From positions 31,640-95,639 of the IMG/VR virus record IMGVR_UViG_3300025151_000019: a stretch of 64,000 nt of DNA; one strand, given 5' to 3'. The notes under the pieces are model-generated. The model searched no databases. It was not told the DNA's origin and saw only the letters and a program-made list of their open reading frames with translations. A program made the position numbers and the translations under genes. Shown in pieces: positions 39,310 to 48,411 of the stretch. The DNA comes from a virus. The first letter of the stretch is position 1. The number at the start of each line of letters is the position of its first letter.

Positions 39310-40330
39310 CTAATATTTTCATTACAACATTTAATTGTTTTACACTTAGTTCCTTTCCGTCAATAATCTGTTGCCTAATACTGACAAGGAAATTCTTTTC
39401 CCATGTATTTCTTCCGTCTTCACTACTAAATGCGGGGAGGTCATAAAGTGCTAATGCCTCAGTAAATAGTTCGTTTGATTGTTGTTCATATGTGGTAGCC
39501 CTTATATCTTCTGCAATCTTTTTTGTAGGATTTAGATATGCGATTCTTGCCGCCTTTTCTTCATCCTTATCATCCATCATTTTTGTTAGGCGTTCTTTCT
39601 TAGCAAATAAAAGTTGCACATCACGCCATAGCCTTTCGTTAGGATAACCACGGGTTTCAATTTGTTTTCTTGGATTATTGGGATGATTCCAACGCCAAAC
39701 AACCGAAGCCATCCTACCCAATGAACCTTGTTTTGTTTTAGCAATAACAAAGGTTGGTTCGTAGCGTCGTGTTTGATGAGAATACTTTCTACCTTTTGAA
39801 CGAACATTAACTCTCAAGTCTAATTCCTTAACTTCATTGAACATTTCTTCCCATTCATCACCATATTCATTCCACCACCATTCGGCCTTCATACTCTTCA
39901 CGGCTTCCTTCAACCATTCTTGAATTAACTCTTCAGTAATGGCTTCGGGGTTGATACCTTTATGTTCAATCAGGTGGCGAATAATCATCCAGTTAGTGAT
40001 ATGCTCACTACCAAGAATTTCAAGTTCGCCGTTTTCAGTATTCTCAATCTCAAAATGCCATGCAATTTCATGTCCGCATATACAATAATGTGGATGTTTA
40101 TGTTGATGGACTTCTGGTAAAACCTCAGCGTCTTTATCACGCAAGGGGATATACCATGTATTTCCCGTTGCTCTCCATTCATGCTTTGCTTCTTCCCAAT
40201 TATCAGACACAGATTCTTTTGTTAAGCGGTCAATAAGTGCCTTGTTTAGAGCACCTGAGCGACTAACACTAATGTTATCCAACAATTCACCGTCAGCAAA
40301 ATGTGTTCCTACAAATTCAGTCATTTTCAA
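39293..40330 (-). CDS. Hypothetical protein with a Zn-binding motif
   Basis: CICGHEI..IENTENG..LGSEHI. Confidence 0.55.
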   Translation of the reverse strand: MKMTEFVGTHFADGELLDNISVSRSGALNKALIDRLTKESVSDNWEEAKHEWRATGNTWYIPLRDKDAEVLPEVHQHKHPHYCICGHEIAWHFEIENTENGELEILGSEHITNWMIIRHLIEHKGINPEAITEELIQEWLKEAVKSMKAEWWWNEYGDEWEEMFNEVKELDLRVNVRSKGRKYSHQTRRYEPTFVIAKTKQGSLGRMASVVWRWNHPNNPRKQIETRGYPNERLWRDVQLLFAKKERLTKMMDDKDEEKAARIAYLNPTKKIAEDIRATTYEQQSNELFTEALALYDLPAFSSEDGRNTWEKNFLVSIRQQIIDGKELSVKQLNVVMKILGDKND

Positions 40331-40577
40331 CCCTCAACCATGCTAATTGTTCTGTTAGATGTGCATCACACAAATCATTTAATTTACCATGTAGGCTTTC
40401 TGTAATTCCAGGAATTGTATTTCGGTGTAGTGATAACCAAACCTGATGATATTGATTAAGGACAATAACCAATCCTTCTCCATCTTCATGAGGTTTAATC
40501 ACAATAGGTGGCATTTCGTTGCTGTCAATCAGCCTAAATTCTACTTCTTTCTTCTTTCTCATTTGCATTTTTTTCAC
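40317..40577 (-). CDS. Hypothetical protein
   Basis: ORF in the operon. Confidence 0.45.
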   Translation of the reverse strand: MKKMQMRKKKEVEFRLIDSNEMPPIVIKPHEDGEGLVIVLNQYHQVWLSLHRNTIPGITESLHGKLNDLCDAHLTEQLAWLRVEND

Positions 40578-40777
40578 TCCATATTCAATAGGTGTGTTAG
40601 TGGGTCTTGTTTTAGAGTTTGTTTGCTCAACAAAATGTGAGGAAACTTACTCAATAGTAAAGGAACGACCTTATTCCAATCTATTTCTCCGTCATACTGT
40701 TTAGTCCAAACTGAACCGTTGGATTTCAACGAAGTGACTCTATATACTTCATGTTTTTCTTCCTTGCTTTCGCTCAT
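40574..40777 (-). CDS. Hypothetical protein
   Basis: ORF in the operon with a GGAG RBS. Confidence 0.4.
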   Translation of the reverse strand: MSESKEEKHEVYRVTSLKSNGSVWTKQYDGEIDWNKVVPLLLSKFPHILLSKQTLKQDPLTHLLNME

Positions 40778-40836
40778 ACTTATTTCTCCATTGTCCTTCC
40801 GTTTATGGTAATTTTTGTATCTTTACTGTCATGCAA

Positions 40837-42705
40837 TCAAAAAATTTCGCATGACCCTCCAGAACAGGCAATTTCACCGCTTAGGTCTGTTTCATCTTCT
40901 GTTTCCACAATCTTAGAAAGGTCTACTGCTGTCAAAGTATTAACCATGTCATAGTATTGAGCCATTCTAATAGTTTCAAAGGGTGCTTGTTTGTATGTCC
41001 CACCATCATAGGGTAAAACGGACAAGCCATTGTAGTATTTTCTGTTATTCCACATCCATTCCCCGACTTCATCCCATTCATATTTGCGAATTGATACAGT
41101 AGCGGAGACATTATGGGAGTTCATACCTGAAACATGGCCTCCTTTGACCCATGTGCGACTAATGTTCTTCACCCTATGAAGCATATTCAAAGCGGTTTCC
41201 TCGCCACGGAGGATGGCTTTATCGGGTGCTTTTTGGGGTAATGAAATGACCGCCGTATCATGTGGTCGGAAGTATTCATCCTCAATCAGTTCTGGGTGAT
41301 TTTGAGCCAGATAATTGTAAATGGCTTCATTCTTTCCAACACGGATTCTTCTAATGTAAAATTCGTCGTGCCATGCGTGAATACCGCTTGATGTTCCAAG
41401 AACACATGAAGTTGTTCCTGCTGGTTTAACACAAGTTTGTCTCGCAGCAGGGTTAATTCCAATCTCTTTTGCAATTGATTCATTTGTTGCTTTTATAGCA
41501 TTAGTGATAGCCTTAAAATCCATTTTCCTAACACGATTAGAAGCAATACCTGTCATAGATACACCAATTAGTGCATCACGCTCGGTATTTTTCTGCCAAA
41601 TCTCTCGCAAGTAATGGAAATCAGTATATCCTGCTTGTAGAGTAGCGATAATGGTGGCCGCAGTTGCTCTTTTTAGTAAATCCTCTTCATCAATAACATC
41701 AGAAGCATTAATTTCTACCAAGTTGCAAAACTGATTTGGTCGCAAAGCAATTTCACAGCATGGGTTCGTGCCCCAATCTTTATCATTAGTAAAATAAATT
41801 CCTGGTTCACCTGCACCAGATAATTCAATATATTTCCAAAGTTCTTCAAAGTCCTTTTTCTCAACTTTACTTCGCACTAAGACAGCCGAATTGTTTGCAC
41901 GACCACGCTGAGGATTTAGTTCCCACCAATTGCCTGATTTTGCAGTAAGCATATCATAATCGTCACGGCTAAATAAAGAAATTAAAGCCGCACGACGAAT
42001 ACCGCCAGCCAAAACTGCATCAGCAATATGACACATAATATCATGGACTTGAATAGGTTCTAATTGTTCATGATTGGGGGTGTTTTTTAGAATGCCTTCA
42101 ATTTTATTAATGGCAATTTTTAGTGGTTCAGGGCCTGGGGCTTTTCCTCCAGAAGTAATTAAACGCTCTCCTTTCAAACGAACATCCGAATAATCAAAGA
42201 TTGGCGTTGAGGTGTTTCGGCCAAAGTAAGATTTCATTAAAACTTTTATTGCGTCTGACCATCCCTCAATAGAATCGCCAACTAAATAACGACGAGTTCT
42301 ATTAGGATTAGGGTGTATAACAGACGGTAATCGGGAAACATGATGTTTTTGCACCGAATAACCTACTCCTGTCCCGCCAAGTAAAAGAAACATTGACTCA
42401 CTAAATGCTGCAATGTTATCAATAGGCATATATGCACAATTATAGATTCGGTTTGGGCTTAGTTCAATAGGCTTCCCAGCAAATTGCATTGAACGCATAG
42501 ATGGTAGAACCTTTTTACTCCTCACAAAGTTGTAGGCGTTAGTAATAACTTTCTTCAATTCGGGATATTTCTTAATATGCATATTCATATTTCTGTCGCA
42601 TAGTTCTTCCCAAGTCTCTCTTCGTTGTAGTTCAGGTGCGTATTTTGCATATTTCATATGAACGGTAATATCGCTCAAAATTTCATTAGGATTTATGTTT
42701 GTCAT
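40837..42705 (-). CDS. nrdJ: Class II (B12-dependent) ribonucleotide reductase, monomeric RTPR type
   Basis: PSMR, YNCAY, GTGVG, GGIRRAA, TNPCCEI, TCVKPAGT and C-terminal ACSGGSCE; no small-subunit gene seen. Confidence 0.92.
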   Translation of the reverse strand: MTNINPNEILSDITVHMKYAKYAPELQRRETWEELCDRNMNMHIKKYPELKKVITNAYNFVRSKKVLPSMRSMQFAGKPIELSPNRIYNCAYMPIDNIAAFSESMFLLLGGTGVGYSVQKHHVSRLPSVIHPNPNRTRRYLVGDSIEGWSDAIKVLMKSYFGRNTSTPIFDYSDVRLKGERLITSGGKAPGPEPLKIAINKIEGILKNTPNHEQLEPIQVHDIMCHIADAVLAGGIRRAALISLFSRDDYDMLTAKSGNWWELNPQRGRANNSAVLVRSKVEKKDFEELWKYIELSGAGEPGIYFTNDKDWGTNPCCEIALRPNQFCNLVEINASDVIDEEDLLKRATAATIIATLQAGYTDFHYLREIWQKNTERDALIGVSMTGIASNRVRKMDFKAITNAIKATNESIAKEIGINPAARQTCVKPAGTTSCVLGTSSGIHAWHDEFYIRRIRVGKNEAIYNYLAQNHPELIEDEYFRPHDTAVISLPQKAPDKAILRGEETALNMLHRVKNISRTWVKGGHVSGMNSHNVSATVSIRKYEWDEVGEWMWNNRKYYNGLSVLPYDGGTYKQAPFETIRMAQYYDMVNTLTAVDLSKIVETEDETDLSGEIACSGGSCEIF

Positions 42706-42752
42706 AATTTCACTTCCAGTATTTTTTCATAGTTTATCTTTATTATAAAAGT

Positions 42753-43001
42753 TTAGATTTTGGCTGAAAAGTTATTCCATTCATTAACACATTTTGGGTT
42801 GTAGCACCCATCACATATATATCCGTATAGAGGTTTAGTATTAACACTTGCCCATGATTTAGGAGCATTAACTACCGTTTTTTTCTCAACATTACCATGC
42901 TTACTTGATGGTGTGGGTAGTGCAATTACACTAACAGCACCATAAGGTTGCTTAGTTTCTTTATTCACAATTATTTTCTTTTTACATGTTATACATTTCA
43001 T
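42753..43001 (-). CDS. Small Zn-finger protein
   Basis: CITC...ICDGC. Confidence 0.45.
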   Translation of the reverse strand: MKCITCKKKIIVNKETKQPYGAVSVIALPTPSSKHGNVEKKTVVNAPKSWASVNTKPLYGYICDGCYNPKCVNEWNNFSAKI

Positions 43002-43228
43002 ATTTGTTCACCATCCTTTCTAAAAACCTTCCTAACAGAAGATTTAATTTCGTGGTAGATACCCTTTACTTTAGGGCTTTTAGATACGCTGACAGTTTTG
43101 ATAGTCCCCGTATCTTTATTTTGAATCTTGAATATTAGATGTTTCTTGATTTCATAACCAATAACCTCCACATTCAAGGTTTCTATTTCTTTCGTTATTT
43201 TGTCTATTTCTTTCTTTTTCATTCGCAT
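42998..43228 (-). CDS. HicA-like (dsRBD-fold) small basic protein
   Basis: Helix, then KKHLIFKI..TVSVSKSP, then helix. Confidence 0.4.
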   Translation of the reverse strand: MRMKKKEIDKITKEIETLNVEVIGYEIKKHLIFKIQNKDTGTIKTVSVSKSPKVKGIYHEIKSSVRKVFRKDGEQI

Positions 43229-43246
43229 ACCTCCGTATTGAATAGG

Positions 43247-43320
43247 CGGGCATAGGAGGATTTGAACCCCCGTTTTCGGTTTAGAAGACCGAAGTGATTT
43301 CCAAACTACACTATATGCCC
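43247..43320 (-). tRNA. tRNA-Arg(TCT)
   Basis: Acceptor GGGCATA/TATGCCC, anticodon arm TCGGT-CTTCTAA-ACCGA, T loop GGTTCAAATCC; no encoded CCA. Confidence 0.9.
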
Positions 43321-43322
43321 AT

Positions 43323-43410
43323 TGGTGGCGAGAGTGGGATTTGAACCCACGAATCTCTTAGGAACAGGATTTTAAGCCCTGCGCTTTTAACCATGCTCAG
43401 CCATCTCGCC
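43323..43410 (-). tRNA. tRNA-Leu(TAA)
   Basis: Acceptor GGCGAGA/TCTCGCC followed by ACCA, anticodon arm CAGGG-CTTAAAA-TCCTG, long variable arm, T arm GTGGG-TTCAAAT-CCCAC. Confidence 0.92.
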
Positions 43411-43702
43411 GTATGTATTCCACATTGTAATCTTTACAATATTTCTTTAGAGCACTTACATGAACATCATCCTTTTCATTATAGTCCATGTCATTATAAA
43501 CTCGCATGAGTTCATTTAGATACATTCCTTTCATCTCGTCTGGAATTTCAGAATTTACTGCATCTTCAAAATGACGAAGTAAAATTTCTAAGCCACCATA
43601 AGTAGCAATATCCTTTTCTTGTTGTTTCATATCCTTTATTTCTTGGCGGAAAGTCAAGTATAATTTAGGAATATTCTTAATAGTATACCATATTGCCTTC
43701 AT
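43397..43702 (-). CDS. Hypothetical protein (3' end overlaps tRNA-Leu by 14 nt)
   Basis: ORF coupled to the upstream gene. Confidence 0.5.
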   Translation of the reverse strand: MKAIWYTIKNIPKLYLTFRQEIKDMKQQEKDIATYGGLEILLRHFEDAVNSEIPDEMKGMYLNELMRVYNDMDYNEKDDVHVSALKKYCKDYNVEYIRRDG

Positions 43703-44046
43703 TCCAATCCCGCCTCAAATTCCGCTTCATCTTCAAGATATATAAAAATTTGAAGGGCTTCTTTTATTCGCTTATCTTGACTTTTACCATGTCTCCATTG
43801 ACAGGTTCTTCGCATCAAGTTAATAATTTCCCCACGATGAGTTTCGGGCTTTTTACCATACATAGTCTTTAGGTTTGCTATTTGAGTTCGCACACCTAAA
43901 ATAGTAAATTCCTTTTTCATCCATTGGAAAGGACTTCCATAAGTTGTAAATTCTATCTTATCATCACGATAGTCTTCTGCAAGATAAATCGTCATGCTTT
44001 CTAAAACTTCAGTATCAATTTCTGTAAATTCAATCATATTAATCAC
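43699..44046 (-). CDS. Hypothetical protein
   Basis: ORF in the operon. Confidence 0.5.
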   Translation of the reverse strand: MINMIEFTEIDTEVLESMTIYLAEDYRDDKIEFTTYGSPFQWMKKEFTILGVRTQIANLKTMYGKKPETHRGEIINLMRRTCQWRHGKSQDKRIKEALQIFIYLEDEAEFEAGLE

Positions 44047-44123
44047 TTAAAAAAAATGGTTCTAACCGCTAAACGGCTACATAAGAGTAGGTCAAACCAA
44101 GCCTACAATTCGGATTAAAATCC

Positions 44124-44336
44124 TTACTCTTCTTCGTTTCCACCAACAATTGCCTGAGCAAGCATAACTTCATTGACTTCATCAAAGTTGATGTTTGTAA
44201 TATCCTCACGGGTTACAAGTTCACCATCAACATAAGTCCAATGAGTAGGATGCTCAATAATTTGGTCAAGAACCTCGCTCGCAGAAAGAGAAAGTTCGGT
44301 GTGTCCTGTTTCGTTAAGAATAGTTAGTTTCACCAT
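44124..44336 (-). CDS. Ubiquitin-like (beta-grasp, ThiS/MoaD/SAMP-like) precursor ending GG-NEEE
   Basis: 70 aa; beta-beta-alpha-beta pattern with YVDGELV and EVMLAQAIVGG (compare ThiS/SAMP V.l.p.v.GG) plus a 4-residue extension. Confidence 0.75.
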   Translation of the reverse strand: MVKLTILNETGHTELSLSASEVLDQIIEHPTHWTYVDGELVTREDITNINFDEVNEVMLAQAIVGGNEEE

Positions 44337-44341
44337 TTAAT

Positions 44342-44650
44342 TCACTCTCCAAAAACAGGGCGGCCATCGTTAGTAAATTCACCACCGTTAGTCAAATGCT
44401 TGACAACGGCCTTTTCCATCTTTCGGCGGGTTGAGCCAATACGCTTTTCGCTAATAACTCCAAGAGTCAAAAGCGTGTTCAGCGTTTCGTTGATGTATTC
44501 GCTTGCAGTTGCGTATTGCTCTTTTTGCGTTGCATCAAGATAAACTCCACCCGTTGCACGACTCATAATTCGTCGCATCTCAAACTCGGTAATGAGTCCT
44601 TCGTTCATTTGTTCATTCAGTTGTTGTTCCAATTGGTTCACATCAGTCAT
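44342..44650 (-). CDS. Hypothetical protein
   Basis: GGTGA RBS; directly upstream of the Ubl gene. Confidence 0.6.
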   Translation of the reverse strand: MTDVNQLEQQLNEQMNEGLITEFEMRRIMSRATGGVYLDATQKEQYATASEYINETLNTLLTLGVISEKRIGSTRRKMEKAVVKHLTNGGEFTNDGRPVFGE

Positions 44651-44777
44651 ATTTTTTCACCTTTTTTTTCGTAGAACACTAAAGCAGTTCCGTTCTGTCT
44701 TTAACACAGTTGTTCAAGCCTATAAACATTTACAGTCTCTAATCATTCGCATTTTGGGCGACAACCCAATATCAAAG

Positions 44778-45029
44778 TCAGTCATTTTGACTAACCTTTG
44801 AATCGCATATTTTCCAAACACCCACTTCATAAGGACTGACAATTCCTTGAACAGTCTCTAAGCCCACTTTCTCAAATGAGGGATGTTTGGATAGTAAGTT
44901 TCCGAGAGCCTTTGTAGTTATCCCTCTTCCTCTGGAATTAGCAAAGTCATAGATTTGACAGGTATTAGCCGTTCCTTTTTCGGCCAACCATTTCTCAATC
45001 CTTATTGTCAGTTTTTTGTTTTTCCACAT
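44778..45029 (-). CDS. Winged-helix DNA-binding protein
   Basis: TCQIYDF..ITTKALGNLLSK..FEKVG...VWKI. Confidence 0.55.
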   Translation of the reverse strand: MWKNKKLTIRIEKWLAEKGTANTCQIYDFANSRGRGITTKALGNLLSKHPSFEKVGLETVQGIVSPYEVGVWKICDSKVSQND

Positions 45030-45304
45030 AAAAATACATCTCCTTTTGACTACTTAAAGTATTAGTCCAGCAAGTGCAACACATGGCATTTTTGCTGGGA
45101 ATATACACATTACACATTACACAAGAAGGCATTCACAGTTCCTCCTTATATTCACTTATTATCTTCAAAGCAATTATCTTAGCGTCATACCAAGATTTGC
45201 CCAATTGAAGGAAGATAAACCATGCAATCTTGTCAGCACTATATTTTCGCACCAACATTTGCTCAATTCTTCGGTTTATGGTCTCTTTTTTCATTTTACT
45301 ACAC

Positions 45305-45604
45305 CTACTTGTTGGATAAGATATTTTCAGACTCTTGTCTCAAAGCAATCAGAAGTAAAGTGAGATAGCCAATCAAATCTTTCACCACATCCTCATCACT
45401 TTCCATCGTATCGTTGCCCTGCATTAAACGGTTTAACTTATCGTCAATCCTGATTCGCAGACCAGCATCAGTATCAGCCTTTGAGAAGATTCTAATTGGT
45501 TGCATAACAGAATCGCCATATTGTTCATTCTTCTGAATCAAGAAATCTCTCAATTCGTTCATCGTATTTCGTATCTTTTCTTGGGTATCCATATTTTTCA
45601 CCAT
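45305..45604 (-). CDS. Nucleotide-modification-associated (DUF1599/Nmad1-like) helical protein
   Basis: KNEQYGDS..RIDDKLNRL..DLIGY. Confidence 0.6.
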   Translation of the reverse strand: MVKNMDTQEKIRNTMNELRDFLIQKNEQYGDSVMQPIRIFSKADTDAGLRIRIDDKLNRLMQGNDTMESDEDVVKDLIGYLTLLLIALRQESENILSNK

Positions 45605-45654
45605 TGTTCTTTAAGCAAGGAAGTTTGACACTTTGCATTTTGTTATATGATAAG

Positions 45655-46210
45655 TGAGTCATTTTGGGTGCTTTTCCCATTATCCCATCGTGCAAAATGA
45701 GCGAGAAAACAAAACGACCAACCTTCTCCGAACTTTCTCGGACAAAATGACCATTTTCCCACTTTTCCCATTTTCCCACAGGGGGTTCAGCCACATACAC
45801 ACACACATTCATATAACTCATACATTTTGTCATAGATAGATAGTAGTGTAGTAAGTAAGTAAGGAAGGGATGGGAAAAGGGGAAAAGGTAAGAAATAGAA
45901 CATAATGAGTTAGATAATATAAATATCTCATACAAAATGTTTTCTCATACCAATGGGAAAAGATGGGATTTCCCATTTGAGATTAAGTAGGACAAAATGA
46001 TAGAGATAAATACACATAATATAATTGAATAAATTAAATCAGTTAAAATTATGTTGATAATAATAGATATAGTTTATATATTGATTAGGATATAACTACA
46101 TAAAAGAAGTAAATTGATTGAGAAAAGTCGGCCTCCGACCCCCTCAAGGGACACCCCATGCGACCCCGACCCCCTTATAAGCGGGCGGCCACCCTGAGCC
46201 AGCCCCTATA
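45655..46210. other. Putative replication origin or genome-end region
   Basis: Non-coding; TTTTCCCA/TGGGAAAA repeats, CAAAATGA repeats, AT-rich tract at about 46000-46125, then a GC-rich tract; located at the strand switch. Confidence 0.5.
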
Positions 46211-46407
46211 TGATAACAAAAGGAGGCTTCATTATAATGTTATGACGCATCTACAACCATATGGTATTAGCGACTCTTAATAAGCGTGTAATTGCGCTCT
46301 TTGGGAAGCAATAAAAGACCCCGAAGGGCGGATATTTTTTGGGGCTGTGAAATATCCGAAAAACACAGGGATTGATTTTCATCAATCCTCTTCGTCAAAG
46401 ACCCCCA

Positions 46408-46941
46408 TCATGCGGATTCCTCCTTTTCTTCGGTCTTGATTTCAAAGACGGGTGCGGTTTGTGTCCAATCCTCGCCATCACGGAACATCTTTTTCAAGCG
46501 GCTCATGTGTGCTTTGTCCTCCTTCTCGTTCCAATGTTCAAACGAAGGGTGGCGGAAGGTTTGGCGTTCTTCACCGACCTTGATTGAGAAGGTTGGCTTT
46601 TGATTGTCGGGACAAGCATCCCAAAATGCCTTTCGTGCTGGGTGCATGGATTTGACATCCTTTTCCATCGCACGAATCACCTTTTTGTCAATCTTCGTGT
46701 TTGACCAATTGTTGAAGCCGTATTCTCCCGATTCAATCTCAGCAGAAAATTCGCTTCGCCACTGTTTCACGATGTTTGAACGAATTGACGCAGAACGGGT
46801 TCCACGCCGTAGGTTCATCTTCACCAATTCCACACGGTCTTCTTCATCATCATTTGTAGGAACAAACCCTTCCAACCACGCATTAACGGGTTTGGTCATG
46901 TTCATCCATCGTTCTTCGCTCATCTCTTTTTTGGCTACCAT
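46408..46941 (-). CDS. Early-type hypothetical protein (paralogue of 48412-49032)
   Basis: VELVKMNLRRG motif; GGTGA RBS. Confidence 0.7.
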   Translation of the reverse strand: MVAKKEMSEERWMNMTKPVNAWLEGFVPTNDDEEDRVELVKMNLRRGTRSASIRSNIVKQWRSEFSAEIESGEYGFNNWSNTKIDKKVIRAMEKDVKSMHPARKAFWDACPDNQKPTFSIKVGEERQTFRHPSFEHWNEKEDKAHMSRLKKMFRDGEDWTQTAPVFEIKTEEKEESA

Positions 46942-47068
46942 TGTTTCACCGATATTAGCACCATCAACCCACTAATAGGGTTGCGTATACAAAGTAGCAA
47001 CCATATGGTTGTAATGCTTTGCAATGAAAACCTTAACCGATTACAATATCATAGAATCGGTGAAACCA

Positions 47069-47377
47069 ATGGTAAAAACCCAAGAAATAACAGAAACCCA
47101 CGGCCAAAACATTGTTTTAGGCAAATACAAAAAGAACACCCACATTAAGTGCGCCCATGAAGGCATTTTTTGGTTGGTCATGAAGCGATACGAAGATAAG
47201 GATATTATGGGGAATCTAAAAACCCTGACTATCACTTTTGAAGAATGGCTATCATGGCGACAACATCCAAATTATGTTGAGAACGAACAAATCGTCAATC
47301 AGTCTGTCAAAGAATGGGAAACCTTTTTGAAAACGGAAGAAGGCCAAAAGTGGATAAAAGGAGAGGAAGAAGAATGA
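47069..47377 (+). CDS. Hypothetical protein (start MVKTQ)
   Basis: GGTGA RBS before the ATG at 47069. Confidence 0.6.
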   Translation: MVKTQEITETHGQNIVLGKYKKNTHIKCAHEGIFWLVMKRYEDKDIMGNLKTLTITFEEWLSWRQHPNYVENEQIVNQSVKEWETFLKTEEGQKWIKGEEEE

Positions 47378-47671
47378 ATCCTAATTATTTTGATGGGCGT
47401 TGTTCATATTGTGGTAAAGATGAAACCATTTGTGCAGAAAATTGTGAAGGTGAAGAAGAATGATTAAGTGTGAAAAGCCTAAGTCCTGTCAATGTCGTGA
47501 ATGCATTGAAGAAATGTATTCGTTTTATTTTCGTTTGAAGGAGGAAAAACAATGAAGCGAGGCAACCTTGATTTTACAATCTGTCTAAAAGATACACTCG
47601 CTAACTGTATGTGTGATAAGTGTTGGGACGAAAGTGTTGGAGAATATCAGCGAAGGGGGAATTCACAATGA
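47374..47671 (+). CDS. Three ATGA-coupled Cys-rich mini-proteins: 47374-47463, 47460-47555, 47552-47671
   Basis: MNPNYFDGRCSYCG.., MIKCEKPKSCQCREC.., MKRGN..CMCDKCWD..; overlapping stop and start codons. Confidence 0.55.
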
Positions 47672-48015
47672 AATTTTGCCGATGCAATAATTATGAACAC
47701 AATGAATACAATATTGATTGTCCACACAATGATGAAATGGATTTTGTTTTATTTACACGGGCTATTTCAGAAAACTTTTCTCTTGATGGAAAACAGCGTT
47801 GGTCTGATTCTGATGTTATCAATTTCATGATTGAGGATAATAAGTGCAACGACATGATTATGCATTTAATTGCTACAAATTTTCATAAATTTGCAAAATT
47901 CACACTTGAAGATGTTGCAGATTGGGAAGAGCGTGTGATAAACAAAAAGAAGGCATCGTTTTTGATAGGCAATTCGCCTGTTCCACCATATGACCCAGAA
48001 TATAAAGGTGATTGA
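47668..48015 (+). CDS. Hypothetical protein (start MKFCRC)
   Basis: ATGA-coupled to the previous mini-ORF. Confidence 0.55.
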   Translation: MKFCRCNNYEHNEYNIDCPHNDEMDFVLFTRAISENFSLDGKQRWSDSDVINFMIEDNKCNDMIMHLIATNFHKFAKFTLEDVADWEERVINKKKASFLIGNSPVPPYDPEYKGD

Positions 48016-48016
48016 A

Positions 48017-48205
48017 ATGTTCCGAAAGAAGAAAGAAGTGCAACAACAACCAAAACCATTCGTGGTTAAACTCAAACAAGACCGATACCAAAATTGGGTA
48101 TGTGGTGAATTGCGTTGTGAGGCTGATACAATGGAAGAATTACAGGCTGTCGTTCAAGAAGCAACGAAGCAAATTACGGAGGAATTACGGAAGTTAAATG
48201 AATGA
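48017..48205 (+). CDS. Small hypothetical protein
   Basis: GGTGA RBS; MFRKKK.. Confidence 0.5.
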   Translation: MFRKKKEVQQQPKPFVVKLKQDRYQNWVCGELRCEADTMEELQAVVQEATKQITEELRKLNE

Positions 48206-48411
48206 TGCTCTTTGAAAGTTTTGTATGTTTCTTTCAGGTTCTTGGGCTTCGGGTTAAAAAACATACACCTTTTTTTATTTTTTATTTAATTTAGGGTTCT
48301 CTACAAAGTAGAACCATATGGTTTGTGCTTTGCTACAACACCCCATAAGTGATTTTGAGGGGCTAATATCGTTCCTCAAGTGGGAACAAAAGAAAAAAAA
48401 GGTGAAAAAAA

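Noticed and set aside
45525-45935. 136-aa ORF on the minus strand and 61-aa ORF on the plus strand across the repeat region
   Set aside because: Low-complexity translations of the DNA repeats (GKWEKWENG) with no RBS; more likely non-coding.
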